Of a stretch of 64,000 bases of DNA, positions 27,902-37,771 are shown in pieces. The translations under genes and the position numbers were made by a program. Positions within the stretch are counted from its first letter, which is position 1, and the number at the start of each line of letters is the position of its first letter. The stretch comes from Gammaproteobacteria bacterium (GTDB lineage Bacteria > Pseudomonadota > Gammaproteobacteria > Ga0077536), in the NCBI GenBank assembly GCA_009692365.1, contig SHZJ01000020.1:561-64560 (forward strand). Reading direction: 5' to 3'. Below the pieces are notes generated by a model, which saw only the letters and a program-made list of their open reading frames with translations, was not told the DNA's origin and made no database searches.

Positions 27902-30178
27902 ATGACCCGCGATTTCGACCTCGACGAAAAAGTCTACAGCCGGTGCGTGCGAATTTTTGATCACGCCAAGAGCATACTTAAGGTGCGTATTAGGATGCAT
28001 CAAGAAGCCCGCCAGCTGCACGATGGCGATATTTTTTTATTCAATCATTTTGCGCGCGCTGAGACCTTCATCCCGCAATATTGCATTTATCAGGAGACCG
28101 GCGCGCTGTGCCGGTCGATCGCGTCCGGCGAGTTCTTCAAGAGCAGCACGCCTTTCACCCGACTGCTGCAAAACCTGGGTGCGGTTCCCAATGACGACCC
28201 CAAACTACTGCCGCTGCTAGCGAGCGACATTCTGAAAGGTCGCAAGATCATCATCTTCCCCGAAGGAGGAATGGTGAAAGACCGGCAGGTCGTCGATGAG
28301 GAAGGCCACTTCAGCGTGTATTCTCGATCGTCCGGCACGCGACGCAAACACCATTCTGGCGCCGCCCGACTCGCGATCGGCCTCCAACTCTTCAAATTAG
28401 CGGTGCTCCACAAAGCCCGCCATGATCGGCACCATGACTTGGAAAAGTGGGCCGAACAACTCGGCCTGCCAACGGTCGAAATTCTGCTCGAACAAGCCCG
28501 CAAGCCGGTAACCATAGTCCCCGCGAATATCACTTTCTATCCGCTGCGCGCACAGGACAATTTTCTGCGGCGCGGTGCTGATTTGGTGTTTGAGAAGCTC
28601 AGTCCGCGCGCAATCGAAGAACTCATCGTGGAGGGCAATCTGTTTTTCAAAGCCACCGACATGGATATTCGCTGCGGCGATCCCATTCGTCCGCAGGATC
28701 TTTGGCCGTGGTGGGGGCGCCAGGTCGCCAACTACGTGGCCGGTGATTTACCGGACTTGGAGACGATTTTCGCGCCCCAATACCTGCTGGAAAACCCGCT
28801 GCGCGAGCTGGCGGCAAAGGGCCTGCACCGGAGTATTGATACCCTGCGCGACCGCTACATGCGCGATATTTATCGCAGTGTGACGGTCAATCTGAGTCAT
28901 CTGGCGGCGAGCACGATTCTACAGATGAGCGCCCAAGGCACGCGGGAGTTTTCGCGGCGCTATCTCGCTAAAGTGATCTACGTAGCCTTGAAACATCTGC
29001 AGACCCACACCGAGGTTCACCTGCATCGCAGCCTCATCAATCCCAATCTCTACCGCCGTTTGCTCGGCGAGGCGGCGCCGGATTTGGAGGAATTTCTGGA
29101 GACCGCCGTGACGGCTCAATTGTTGATGATCCACGGTGACCGAATCGTCTGTCTCGACAAGTTAAACCAAGACCACGCTTTTGATCAGGTGCGGCTAGAA
29201 AACCCCGTCGAGGTTTATGCCAATGAGGTCGCGCCCGTTACGCAGGTCGGTAACGCGGTGGCGGCCGCCCTCGAAGAGTCTCCCAGCCTGAGCGCGCGCG
29301 CCGTGGCGCGCTATGCCTTCGCCGATGAACTCTGCGTTCTAGACTGGGACCGGCGCTTATTTTCGCAAGCAAAGCACCACCAAATTAACGCGCAAGAAAC
29401 GGCTACCGCAGATCCTGCGCCCTATCTGCTGCTGCCTGCTGCACCGCTCGAGATGGGCGTACTGCTGGTGCACGGCTTTCTGGCCGCGCCCGCCGAAACG
29501 CGGCCCTTGGGCGAGGCGCTCTACGCGGCCGGTTATCCGGTGCTGGGCGTACGCCTGAAAGGACACGGCACTTCGCCGTGGGACCTGCGGGAGCGCGCCT
29601 GGCGCGACTGGCAGCAATCGCTAGAGCGAGGTTTTGATATTTTGCGGGCCTACTGCGCAAAAATTTGCGTCGTGGGCTTCTCGACCGGCGGCACCCTAAC
29701 GCTGCTGCACGCCGCACAGGCCCCCGCGGATCTGGCCGGCATCGTGGTATTGGCGCCGTCGATCCACTTTAAAAACCAGAATATGCGTTTCGTGCCACTG
29801 CTGCACGGCGCCAATCAGTTGGTGGAATGGGTGACTAACCAAGAGGGCATCCTGCCGTTCCGGCCTAACAACACGGAACATCCGGACATCAACTATCGAA
29901 ACATGCCGACCAAAGGTCTGTACGAGTTGACCCGGATGAGTACGGCCGTCAAAGAAGTGTTGCCCGCCATCACTTGCCCCGCTTTGATTATCCAAGGCAA
30001 CGCCGACCCGGTGGTTGACCCCAGCAGCGCCGAATTAGTGTTCGAGAAGATCGCCAGCGCCGATAAACGGCTGGCGTGGGTTGACTCCAAACGCCATGGC
30101 ATCCTGTACGAAAACATCGACGGGACCCATCAATTGGCGCTGGATTTTGTGGCGAGGATGGCGGCAACTCAGGGCTAA
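27902..30178 (+). CDS. fusion protein: N-terminal PlsC/LPLAT-like acyltransferase, C-terminal alpha/beta-hydrolase (esterase/lipase)
   Basis: N-terminus has NHFARAE (H-x4-acidic) and IIIFPEGGM acyltransferase blocks. C-terminus has LLVHGFL, the nucleophile elbow GFSTGG, GNADPVVD and KRHGIL. A linker of about 250 aa is unassigned. Confidence 0.72.
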   Translation: MTRDFDLDEKVYSRCVRIFDHAKSILKVRIRMHQEARQLHDGDIFLFNHFARAETFIPQYCIYQETGALCRSIASGEFFKSSTPFTRLLQNLGAVPNDDPKLLPLLASDILKGRKIIIFPEGGMVKDRQVVDEEGHFSVYSRSSGTRRKHHSGAARLAIGLQLFKLAVLHKARHDRHHDLEKWAEQLGLPTVEILLEQARKPVTIVPANITFYPLRAQDNFLRRGADLVFEKLSPRAIEELIVEGNLFFKATDMDIRCGDPIRPQDLWPWWGRQVANYVAGDLPDLETIFAPQYLLENPLRELAAKGLHRSIDTLRDRYMRDIYRSVTVNLSHLAASTILQMSAQGTREFSRRYLAKVIYVALKHLQTHTEVHLHRSLINPNLYRRLLGEAAPDLEEFLETAVTAQLLMIHGDRIVCLDKLNQDHAFDQVRLENPVEVYANEVAPVTQVGNAVAAALEESPSLSARAVARYAFADELCVLDWDRRLFSQAKHHQINAQETATADPAPYLLLPAAPLEMGVLLVHGFLAAPAETRPLGEALYAAGYPVLGVRLKGHGTSPWDLRERAWRDWQQSLERGFDILRAYCAKICVVGFSTGGTLTLLHAAQAPADLAGIVVLAPSIHFKNQNMRFVPLLHGANQLVEWVTNQEGILPFRPNNTEHPDINYRNMPTKGLYELTRMSTAVKEVLPAITCPALIIQGNADPVVDPSSAELVFEKIASADKRLAWVDSKRHGILYENIDGTHQLALDFVARMAATQG

Positions 30179-30274
30179 ACCCACGCCGTGCGGGGGCTGG
30201 GCGCGGCGCTGGCGCCGGCCCCGCGTGCCGTCGTTAAGCCAGCGCGCAGGGCGCGGGCGCCGGGGCGCCAAAGC

Positions 30275-31297
30275 TCAAGCGCCCCAAGCCACCAGCCCCC
30301 AAGCCAGCACTTTCTCGGTTTGATATTCCCCGGTGGTGACATTCTTGCGCGTCGCAGAAGCCTCCACGTCCAAGTCGTAGAGCCGACCGCCCGGCGGCGC
30401 GTCGAGCACATTCAACACGGTAAAACGGGTGCTGATGATGTCCCCTTCCAGTACCGGGCCCAGATGGTCGCAGTAGCGCCAGGCGATCATCGCGAGCAAA
30501 TTGGGCAGCGCACGGGTGATCTGGGCCAGCGCCAAGGAGATGGTGTGGCCACCGTAGACCAAGCGCTGGCCGAGGTAGCTGCGCGTGGCATCGGTGTGGG
30601 TGTAGGCAATATTGAGCGACATCCGCACCAGTTCCGGCGCACAGGTCACGGTGTCACGAGGCCCTACCTCAACGGTGTCGCCGGGGCGCAGCTCAGGGGC
30701 GCGCAAACCCAAAACCTCGCTGGCCAGCGGCGTGAGGTTCCAGCCGTGCGGTAGCACTGCTAGCAATTCCTCCGTAGCGAAGCTGTTTTTGATCCAGCCG
30801 AAATCGTCGTTGTGCCCGGTCTGCGCGGCGGGATCGCGGCACGCCAGCATGGGCGAACGCCAGAAGTGCAGCACGACTTCGTCGCGCTGATTCACGGAGG
30901 TCATCTCGAGTGCCACCATCCCGGTCGCGTCACGGCCCGGTTTGGCTTTGTTTTGTTTTAATCCCACCACTTTGGTCGTGGTGTAGAGCGAGTCCCCAAT
31001 AAAGACCGGCCGCTGCAGAATGAGCCCGCGGTAGAACAGATTGCCCTTCACGTGCTGTGAGGCATAAGTGGTTTGGCCCGCGGCCAAATGAATCACCAGA
31101 TAGGAGTGCGCCAACCAACGGTCTTCCCCGGTGACCCGACGGCACAAGTGCTGGTCCAGCGGCAGGCGCATGCGGTCGCCAAACAGCGCGGAATACAGCG
31201 CAGCGTGGCCGGTCGTGACCGTCAGCGAGGGCGCGGCGAAGGTCTGGCCTAAGCTGAAATCTTCAAAATAAGGACCGTCGATAGTCAGGCTGCTCAT
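30275..31297 (-). CDS. MaoC-like double hotdog-fold (de)hydratase
   Basis: 340 aa. The N-terminus FEDFSLGQTF..TVTTGHAALYSALFGD resembles MaoC/acyl dehydratase proteins, and the length fits a two-hotdog architecture. Confidence 0.7.
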   Translation of the reverse strand: MSSLTIDGPYFEDFSLGQTFAAPSLTVTTGHAALYSALFGDRMRLPLDQHLCRRVTGEDRWLAHSYLVIHLAAGQTTYASQHVKGNLFYRGLILQRPVFIGDSLYTTTKVVGLKQNKAKPGRDATGMVALEMTSVNQRDEVVLHFWRSPMLACRDPAAQTGHNDDFGWIKNSFATEELLAVLPHGWNLTPLASEVLGLRAPELRPGDTVEVGPRDTVTCAPELVRMSLNIAYTHTDATRSYLGQRLVYGGHTISLALAQITRALPNLLAMIAWRYCDHLGPVLEGDIISTRFTVLNVLDAPPGGRLYDLDVEASATRKNVTTGEYQTEKVLAWGLVAWGA

Positions 31298-31375
31298 GGC
31301 GATACTCGGATAGGGGGCGGGGAGGATTGTAAATCTCCCGGGCGCGCGGCATCACCGTGCGCCCGGGAGTGGTCT

Positions 31376-32317
31376 TTAGCGGATCGCGACGGGGTTGATG
31401 ATCATCTGCACCGCCCCGCTAAAGCGCGCCGCACCCAGCACGAACATAAACTCATAGGCCTTGTCCTTGGCCAGTTCGCGGGTATCGATGTTCTCTAGGA
31501 TGTAGATCCCATTTTTGGCCAGCAGCGTTTGATGCACCGGGAACAGCACGTTTTTCTTCTCGCCGGGGAGCACTTCCAAGGCCCAGGTGTCCGCGCCGAC
31601 CGCCATCACGTCTAGGCTCGCGAAATACTCGGCGGCTTCAACCCCGATGCCCGGCTCTGCCTTCCCAAAGCGGGCGTCGTCTTTGCCCAGCAAATTCAGC
31701 CAACCGGAGTGGAACAGCACCACATCGCCCTTGCGAATTTCGGTTTGCTGTTTGGCGGCGCAGGCCACGATGTCGGCCTTGCTGTAGGCCGTGCCCTCGG
31801 GGATGAGGTCGGTGCCCTTGCAGGCGGCCATGTCGATGAGCACCCCACGGGTCACCAGCGGCGGGAGATTCTGTGTGCCGTACTTAGTCAGCCCATCGGT
31901 GCGGATAAAATCCCGGCCGTGTTTGCCGTTGTAATACACATCGTCGATCGCGACGTGGCCGAGACCATCGATTTGCGATCCGGTTCCCATCCAACCCGCG
32001 AAGATGTCGTCGGCAAAGTTGAATTTGTTATCGCCCAAAGACTGACCTGGCGCCTGATTGGGGGTGAGCACCGTGATGTGAAAATAGCGCGGCGCGTAGG
32101 ACGGGGTTTTAGCGTTGGTTTCGATGCCCAAACGGTAGGTTTTGCCGGTTTTGACGAGTTTGGCGGCCTCTAGGGTGCGCGCGGGGCTGTTCATATTCGC
32201 CGCACCCAGTTCGTCATCCGCGCCCCACTTGGAGGGGTACCATTTGTCGCCGGCCTGGGCGGCCTGGATGCCCGTGGCCAGCACCAACGCGCCCAGCAAG
32301 CGTAGTTTCATTCTCAT
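31376..32317 (-). CDS. cyclase family protein (kynurenine formamidase-like fold) with Sec signal peptide
   Basis: Signal MRMKLRLLGALVLATGIQAAQA. Cyclase-family core with GTGSQIDGLGH in place of the canonical HxGTHxDxPxH. Confidence 0.65.
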   Translation of the reverse strand: MRMKLRLLGALVLATGIQAAQAGDKWYPSKWGADDELGAANMNSPARTLEAAKLVKTGKTYRLGIETNAKTPSYAPRYFHITVLTPNQAPGQSLGDNKFNFADDIFAGWMGTGSQIDGLGHVAIDDVYYNGKHGRDFIRTDGLTKYGTQNLPPLVTRGVLIDMAACKGTDLIPEGTAYSKADIVACAAKQQTEIRKGDVVLFHSGWLNLLGKDDARFGKAEPGIGVEAAEYFASLDVMAVGADTWALEVLPGEKKNVLFPVHQTLLAKNGIYILENIDTRELAKDKAYEFMFVLGAARFSGAVQMIINPVAIR

Positions 32318-32379
32318 GGAGTCTCCCCTCTTTTTTTTAGATGATTTGAACGCGCAGCGTCCGCTTAGCGATGCTCGGC

Positions 32380-33486
32380 TTACTGCCCAAATTCCGCCTG
32401 CACTGCCTGCGTGTGTTGCCCCAACGTTGGGACTTCCCGGATGAGCGTCCCGGGATCACACACCCGCCGCACAAACGTGGCCAGCTGGCCCTGCGAGCGC
32501 ACTTCTTTGGTCTTTAAGGCCCGATGCTGCCACACATCGTCCACCGAGTTTATGCGGCCATAGGCGATGTCGCCCGCGTCCAGCTTTTCCGCGAGCTCTG
32601 CGCGGGTGTAGCGCAGAAAAAAAGCCTCGATGTCGGCCGTCAGTTGCGCCCGGTTCTGGACCCGCAGCGGAATGCTGTGGTAGCGCGGATCGTGCGCCAG
32701 CGCTGGCTGGCCCAGCACTTTGCATAAATTGACCCACTCGCGTTGGTTTTGTACGGCAATGATGATGAGCCCATCTTTGGTGCGATGGGCGCCGTAGGGC
32801 GCAATTTGCGTATGGTCCAGACCGGTACCGGTCAGTTTGCGTTGACCGTACTTGTAGTAGGCCAGCGGGACGCTCATCCATTCCGCCATCACATCGAACA
32901 GGGAGACTTCCACATGTTGTCCGTGGCCGCTATGCCCGCGCTCCAGCAGCGCGCGCAAAATCTCGCCGTAGGCCGCGAGACCCGTTGAAATGTCGCACAC
33001 GGAAACGCCGACTCGGCTGGGTTCGCCCGGCGAACCCGTCACGCTGCACAGACCGCTCTCGGCCTGCACTAGAAAATCGTAGGCTTTCATTGCGGCGATC
33101 TCGCCGGCATCGCCATAGCCCGAGATGCTGCACATCACCGCGCGCGGATTGATTTTCTCTACCTCCGCCCAGCCCAGCCCCAGTCGCTCCACGGCACCCG
33201 GCCGAATGTTTTGGATGAACACGTCGGCGCGGGCGATCAGGCGTTTTAGCAAACCGAGGTCACCGCCGTCCTTGACATCCAGCACGATGGATTCTTTGCC
33301 CCCGTTCAGCCACACGAAATAGGCCGACTCACCGTGCACGACGGTGTCGTAGTGACGGGCAAAATCGCCTTCCTCGCGTTCAATTTTGATCACGCGCGCG
33401 CCGGCCTCGGCCAGTAGACGCGCGCAATAGGGCGCGGCCACGGCCTGCTCCAAAGAAACCACCAACGTGCCGGTCAGTGCGGCCAT
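32380..33486 (-). CDS. family III (CaiB/BaiF) CoA-transferase
   Basis: 368 aa with the typical N-terminus LTGTLVVSLEQAVAAPYCARLLAEAGARVIKIE. Confidence 0.9.
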   Translation of the reverse strand: MAALTGTLVVSLEQAVAAPYCARLLAEAGARVIKIEREEGDFARHYDTVVHGESAYFVWLNGGKESIVLDVKDGGDLGLLKRLIARADVFIQNIRPGAVERLGLGWAEVEKINPRAVMCSISGYGDAGEIAAMKAYDFLVQAESGLCSVTGSPGEPSRVGVSVCDISTGLAAYGEILRALLERGHSGHGQHVEVSLFDVMAEWMSVPLAYYKYGQRKLTGTGLDHTQIAPYGAHRTKDGLIIIAVQNQREWVNLCKVLGQPALAHDPRYHSIPLRVQNRAQLTADIEAFFLRYTRAELAEKLDAGDIAYGRINSVDDVWQHRALKTKEVRSQGQLATFVRRVCDPGTLIREVPTLGQHTQAVQAEFGQ

Positions 33487-33570
33487 CCCTGTTCTCCTTC
33501 AAAGCTCGGTGTTGCCAGGCGCGCGCGCCCGCGTGGTCGTGGGCCCCAAACTCTGTTAACAGAAATCCGG

Positions 33571-35061
33571 CTAGCGCATCACGAAGGGGTTGGGCACATC
33601 CGCCGCGGTGGAAATCCAGACGCTTTTGGTTTGCAAATATTCCTTCATGCCCTCGATACCGTTCTCGCGCCCCAAGCCGCTCATCTTGTAGCCCCCGAAA
33701 GGTGACATATAGCTGACCGCGCGATAGGTATTGACCCAGATCGTCCCGGCGCGGATGGCGTTAGAAATATGCAAAGCGCGCTTGATTGACTGCGTCCAGA
33801 CCCCGGCGGCTAAACCGAAGGCGATGTCGTTGGCGATTTCAACGGCTTCTTCATCGCTCTTGAAGCGGATGATAGAAAGTACCGGCCCAAAGACCTCTTC
33901 CTGCGCGATGCGCATTTTATTGTGCACGCCGCCAAAAATAGTGGGCTGGACGAACAACTTGCTGTTGCCACATTCCGGGCCACTCGCCGGCCCGCCGCCG
34001 AGCAGCACTTCGGCGCCTTCGTTCTTAGCCACCGCAATGTAGCTGAGAATTTTTTCGTACTGCTGCGGGGTGGTAACCGGGCCGACTTGGGTGTTGGGGT
34101 CCAGCGGATTGCCCATGCGGGCAGAGCGGGCAAACTCAACGAGACGGCGCACAAATTCGTCGTAGATGCCGTCTTGCACCAGTAGGCGTGAGCCGGCGAT
34201 GCAGGTTTGGCCGGTGGCGGCAAAAATGCCGGAAATGACGCCTTTAACGGCGTCGTCCAGCACGGCGTCGTCAAACACGATATTCGGCGATTTGCCGCCC
34301 AGTTCGAGCGTGCACCGCTTGAGCGTTTTGGCGGCCTGTTGATACACATACGCGCCGCTTTCGGTGCCGCCGGTGAAGGCGACTTTGGCCACTTTAGGAT
34401 GCTCTACCAGTGCCGCCCCGGCTTCCGCCCCAAAGCCGGTGACCACATTCACCACGCCGGGGGGAAAGCCCGCTTTCTCCACCAGTTCCATGAGTTTCAG
34501 CGTGGAGGTCGAGGTGAATTCCGAGGGCTTGATCACCAGCGTGCAGCCCGCGGCCAACGCGGGTGCCAACTTGAAACTCAACAGCAGCAGCGGTGAGTTC
34601 CACGGGGTGATGGCCGCGACGACGCCGATGGGCTCGTGGCGGGTAAAATTGAACACATCGGCTTTATCGATCGGGATGACCGCGCCTTCGATTTTGTCGG
34701 CGAGCCCAGCGTAGTAGTAGTACCACTGGGGCAAATAATTGCACTGGCCCAGCATTTCGTTGATGAGCTTGCCGTTGTCGCGCACTTCGTATTCGGCGAG
34801 CTCCTGGGCATTTTCCTTGATCAGATCGCCCAGCCGATGCACCAGCGCCCCGCGCTGGGTGGCGTTGAGTTTGGGCCACGCCCCGCTGATGAGCGCCGCG
34901 TGGGCCGCTTCCACCGCCCGGTTAGCGTCTGCTGGGGTGCACCGCGCAACCTGCGCCCACGCCTCGCCGGTGTAGGGGTTCACTGTTTCAAAGTAGCGAC
35001 CATCGGCGGGAGCAACCCATTCCCCGTTGACGTAGGCGTTAAATTTTGGCAGTTCGGTCAT
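33571..35061 (-). CDS. NAD(P)-dependent aldehyde dehydrogenase
   Basis: 496 aa with ALDH motifs ELGGKSP and GQTCIAGSR. Confidence 0.93.
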   Translation of the reverse strand: MTELPKFNAYVNGEWVAPADGRYFETVNPYTGEAWAQVARCTPADANRAVEAAHAALISGAWPKLNATQRGALVHRLGDLIKENAQELAEYEVRDNGKLINEMLGQCNYLPQWYYYYAGLADKIEGAVIPIDKADVFNFTRHEPIGVVAAITPWNSPLLLLSFKLAPALAAGCTLVIKPSEFTSTSTLKLMELVEKAGFPPGVVNVVTGFGAEAGAALVEHPKVAKVAFTGGTESGAYVYQQAAKTLKRCTLELGGKSPNIVFDDAVLDDAVKGVISGIFAATGQTCIAGSRLLVQDGIYDEFVRRLVEFARSARMGNPLDPNTQVGPVTTPQQYEKILSYIAVAKNEGAEVLLGGGPASGPECGNSKLFVQPTIFGGVHNKMRIAQEEVFGPVLSIIRFKSDEEAVEIANDIAFGLAAGVWTQSIKRALHISNAIRAGTIWVNTYRAVSYMSPFGGYKMSGLGRENGIEGMKEYLQTKSVWISTAADVPNPFVMR

Positions 35062-35093
35062 GCGATTCGCCCCTGTTTTAGGGTGGTGTTAGC

Positions 35094-36263
35094 TCAATAC
35101 GAGCGCGGCAAGCCGAGCTCATGTTCTGCCACGAAAGACAGGATGAGGTTGGTAGAGATCGGCGCGATTTGGTAGAGGCGGGCTTCCCGAAATTTGCGTT
35201 CGACGTCGTATTCTTCAGCGACGCCGAAGCCCCCAAAAGTTTGCACGCACATATCGGCCGCGTGCCATGACGCTTCCGAGGCCATCATCTTGGCTAAATT
35301 AGCCTCCGTGCCACAGGGTTTGCCCTGCTCGTAGCGCGCGGCGGCGTGGTCGACCAGCAGGTTGGAGGAGAGCATCTCCGCAAAAGCCCGCGCGATCGGG
35401 AATTGAATGCCCTGATTTTGGCCAATGGCGCGCCCAAAGACTTTGCGTTCGCAGGCATAGTCGCGAGCTTTCTTGATAAACCAGCGCGCATCGCCGATGC
35501 ATTCGGCGGCAATGAGGATGCGCTCGGCGTTCATGCCCGAGAGGATATAACGCAGGCCCTGGCCTTCTTCACCAATAAGATTGGCGACCGGCACCGGCAT
35601 ATTGTCGAAAAATACCTCGTTGGTGGAGTGGTTGATCATGGTGCGGATGGGCTTGATGGTCATGCCATTTTTCTTGGCTTCGCGCATATCCACCAAGAAC
35701 ACCGACAAGCCCTCGGTGCGCTTCTTGACCTGATCTTTAGGCGTAGTGCGGGCCAGTAGGACCATGAGGTCGGATTGTTCGGCGCGCGAGGTCCACACTT
35801 TCTGGCCGTTCACGATATAGCGCTCACCCTCGCGTACTGCCATCGTGGTAATGCTGGTGGTGTCGGTGCCGGCGCCGGGCTCGGTGACGCCGAAGGCCTG
35901 CAGACGCAGTTCGCCGCTGGCAATCTGGGGCAGATATTGTTCCTTTTGCGCCTGACTCCCATGCCGCAGCACGGTGCCCATGGTGTACATCTGCGCGTGG
36001 CAGGCCCCCGCGTTGCCGCCAAATTCGTGGATGGCTTTGAGAATCTCGGCCCCCACGGACAGCGGTAGACCGCTGCCGCCAAATTCTTCGGGGATGAGTG
36101 CCGCGAGAAGACCGAGATCGGTCAGCGCCTGCACGAATTCGGTGGGGTAACACCGTTCGCGGTCTTTGGCGCGCCAATACTCACCGGGGAAGTCCTTACA
36201 CACGCGCCCCACAGTGTCGCGCAGTTGGGTGACGGTATCGCTGTAGTCGGTGCTGCTGGTCAT
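35094..36263 (-). CDS. acyl-CoA dehydrogenase family protein
   Basis: About 389 aa from ATG 36263; the track ORF runs to 36359. ACAD features LIPEEFGGSGL, GVTEPGAGTD and a C-terminal RLYQI motif. Confidence 0.9.
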   Translation of the reverse strand: MTSSTDYSDTVTQLRDTVGRVCKDFPGEYWRAKDRERCYPTEFVQALTDLGLLAALIPEEFGGSGLPLSVGAEILKAIHEFGGNAGACHAQMYTMGTVLRHGSQAQKEQYLPQIASGELRLQAFGVTEPGAGTDTTSITTMAVREGERYIVNGQKVWTSRAEQSDLMVLLARTTPKDQVKKRTEGLSVFLVDMREAKKNGMTIKPIRTMINHSTNEVFFDNMPVPVANLIGEEGQGLRYILSGMNAERILIAAECIGDARWFIKKARDYACERKVFGRAIGQNQGIQFPIARAFAEMLSSNLLVDHAAARYEQGKPCGTEANLAKMMASEASWHAADMCVQTFGGFGVAEEYDVERKFREARLYQIAPISTNLILSFVAEHELGLPRSY

Positions 36264-36309
36264 GGTCTTTTTCGCTGCTAATCGAGGCCGGGGAAAGGGT
36301 CCGGCGGGC

Positions 36310-36325
36310 GCCACCTGCAGGTGGC
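36310..36325. promoter_or_regulatory. perfect 16-bp palindrome GCCACCTGCAGGTGGC upstream of the acyl-CoA dehydrogenase gene
   Basis: Read directly. It lies 47 nt upstream of the 36263 start, in the 240-bp gap after the hydrolase gene. It could be an operator or an RNA hairpin. Confidence 0.3.
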
Positions 36326-36504
36326 CACGGGGCCGGAGTGGTGGGTCGGATTCTAGCAAATTAATCGCGTGCGCGAAGCCGCAAAAGAGCGCTGAACGCG
36401 CCCTCAGAAGGGCCGCCTAGAGGGCGCGGGGTTGGGTGCGTACGCCGGCGTGCGCCGAGTGCGCTAACGCCCCCGTCCAGACGGGCGGGGGGGGTCGGCG
36501 GGTC

Positions 36505-37362
36505 TTAGCGGGCTGCCGCGAGGATTTTTTCCAGCACCGGGTACAGATAGCGGTTAAACACTTCCGGGTTTTCGCTCATCGGGAAATGGCCAATTTCCTC
36601 CATGATGATGCACTCAGAGTTCTTGGTCTTGGCCGCCGCCGCCTCAGTCATTTCTGGCGTACACGCGAAGTCGTAAACGCCGGTCATGTAATACATCGGA
36701 ACCCGACCGGAGAGTTTTTCGGTCTGGCCACGGAAGTCGTGGTCGAAGCTGTAGAAATAGAGGTCCCCCTTAAAAATGCCCGGGCCGCCTTGGGAGTAAT
36801 ACCACCAGGTTTCCCAACGGTATTTGTCCGGGCTTTGTGGGGCCATCAGACCGAACACCGAGGTGGCGCACACCTCACCGCCGTGGATATGGGCATGCCG
36901 CAGCCAGTCTAGATGCCAGCCCGGCGACCACTCGCAGGCTTCGATGGCGATCAGCGCGCGCACGTCGTTTTCGTAATCGCGGGCGAGATGCAGGCAGATA
37001 TTGCCGCCCATCGAGCTGCCCATGATCACGGGGCGGTCTAGTTCCAGCGCCTTCGAGAACGCCATCACGATGCCCGAATAGAATTTCGCCGTGAGCTTGT
37101 ACTCTTCGTTTTCCTGATACCACTCGTAGGGTGGGATCGACTTGCCGTGCCGCGGTAGGTCGATGGCGATCACGCGAAAGTTCTGATTGATTTTCTCGTC
37201 GCACAGCTGGTGTCGCCATTCGCGACCATCGGTGCCGGCGGTATGCAGGCAAATCATGGGGATGCCGTTCGGGTCGCCGGCTTCCTCAAAATACATCCGG
37301 TATTCGGTGCCTTCATACGGCACCCAGATGTACCGGCCGAGGATAGGTTCGATCTTAGCCAC
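36505..37362 (-). CDS. alpha/beta-fold hydrolase (paralog A)
   Basis: Preferred GTG start at 37362, preceded by GAGGGGA; the track ORF runs to 37434. Motifs CLHTAG, IDLPRHGKS and the nucleophile elbow GSSMGG. Confidence 0.8.
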   Translation of the reverse strand: MAKIEPILGRYIWVPYEGTEYRMYFEEAGDPNGIPMICLHTAGTDGREWRHQLCDEKINQNFRVIAIDLPRHGKSIPPYEWYQENEEYKLTAKFYSGIVMAFSKALELDRPVIMGSSMGGNICLHLARDYENDVRALIAIEACEWSPGWHLDWLRHAHIHGGEVCATSVFGLMAPQSPDKYRWETWWYYSQGGPGIFKGDLYFYSFDHDFRGQTEKLSGRVPMYYMTGVYDFACTPEMTEAAAAKTKNSECIIMEEIGHFPMSENPEVFNRYLYPVLEKILAAAR

Positions 37363-37393
37363 TGGGAGTCCCCTCGTTATTCGTTGTGTGGGT

Positions 37394-37771
37394 TCACGCT
37401 TCGCGCATGCGGTCGAAGGCCCAGAACATGGCACGCATGTTCTGCCAGAGTACTTTCTGGTCGCCTTCCATCTGCAGCCGGCCGTGGAGCGGATGCGCCA
37501 TCGCCCAGATGTCGTTGTACATCGGGGGCGGCACTTTCGCGCAGAATTTTTCCCAGCTGGCGGCGGGCGCCCGCAGCGCGAGTTGGTAGCAGGTTTCCGG
37601 CCCTATTTGGTCGGAGAATCCGTCAATTTTGCCGTTGCGGAAATTAACGACGAAATTCTTTTCGCCAAAACCCAGCGCGATATCGGCGGTCAGGTGTTTG
37701 CCGATCCAGCTCATGGGTCCATTACCGTTGACCGCAGCCTGCCAGCGCTTCATCCAAGCGGTGTCGAACAT
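37394..37771 (-). CDS. small SCP2-like (sterol-carrier fold) protein, tentative (paralog A)
   Basis: 125 aa from ATG 37771, with GGAGG 7 nt upstream; the track ORF starts at TTG 37801. The pattern ...NGKIDGF...LRAPAASWEKF...GRLQMEGDQKV... resembles SCP2 domains. Confidence 0.5.
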   Translation of the reverse strand: MFDTAWMKRWQAAVNGNGPMSWIGKHLTADIALGFGEKNFVVNFRNGKIDGFSDQIGPETCYQLALRAPAASWEKFCAKVPPPMYNDIWAMAHPLHGRLQMEGDQKVLWQNMRAMFWAFDRMREA

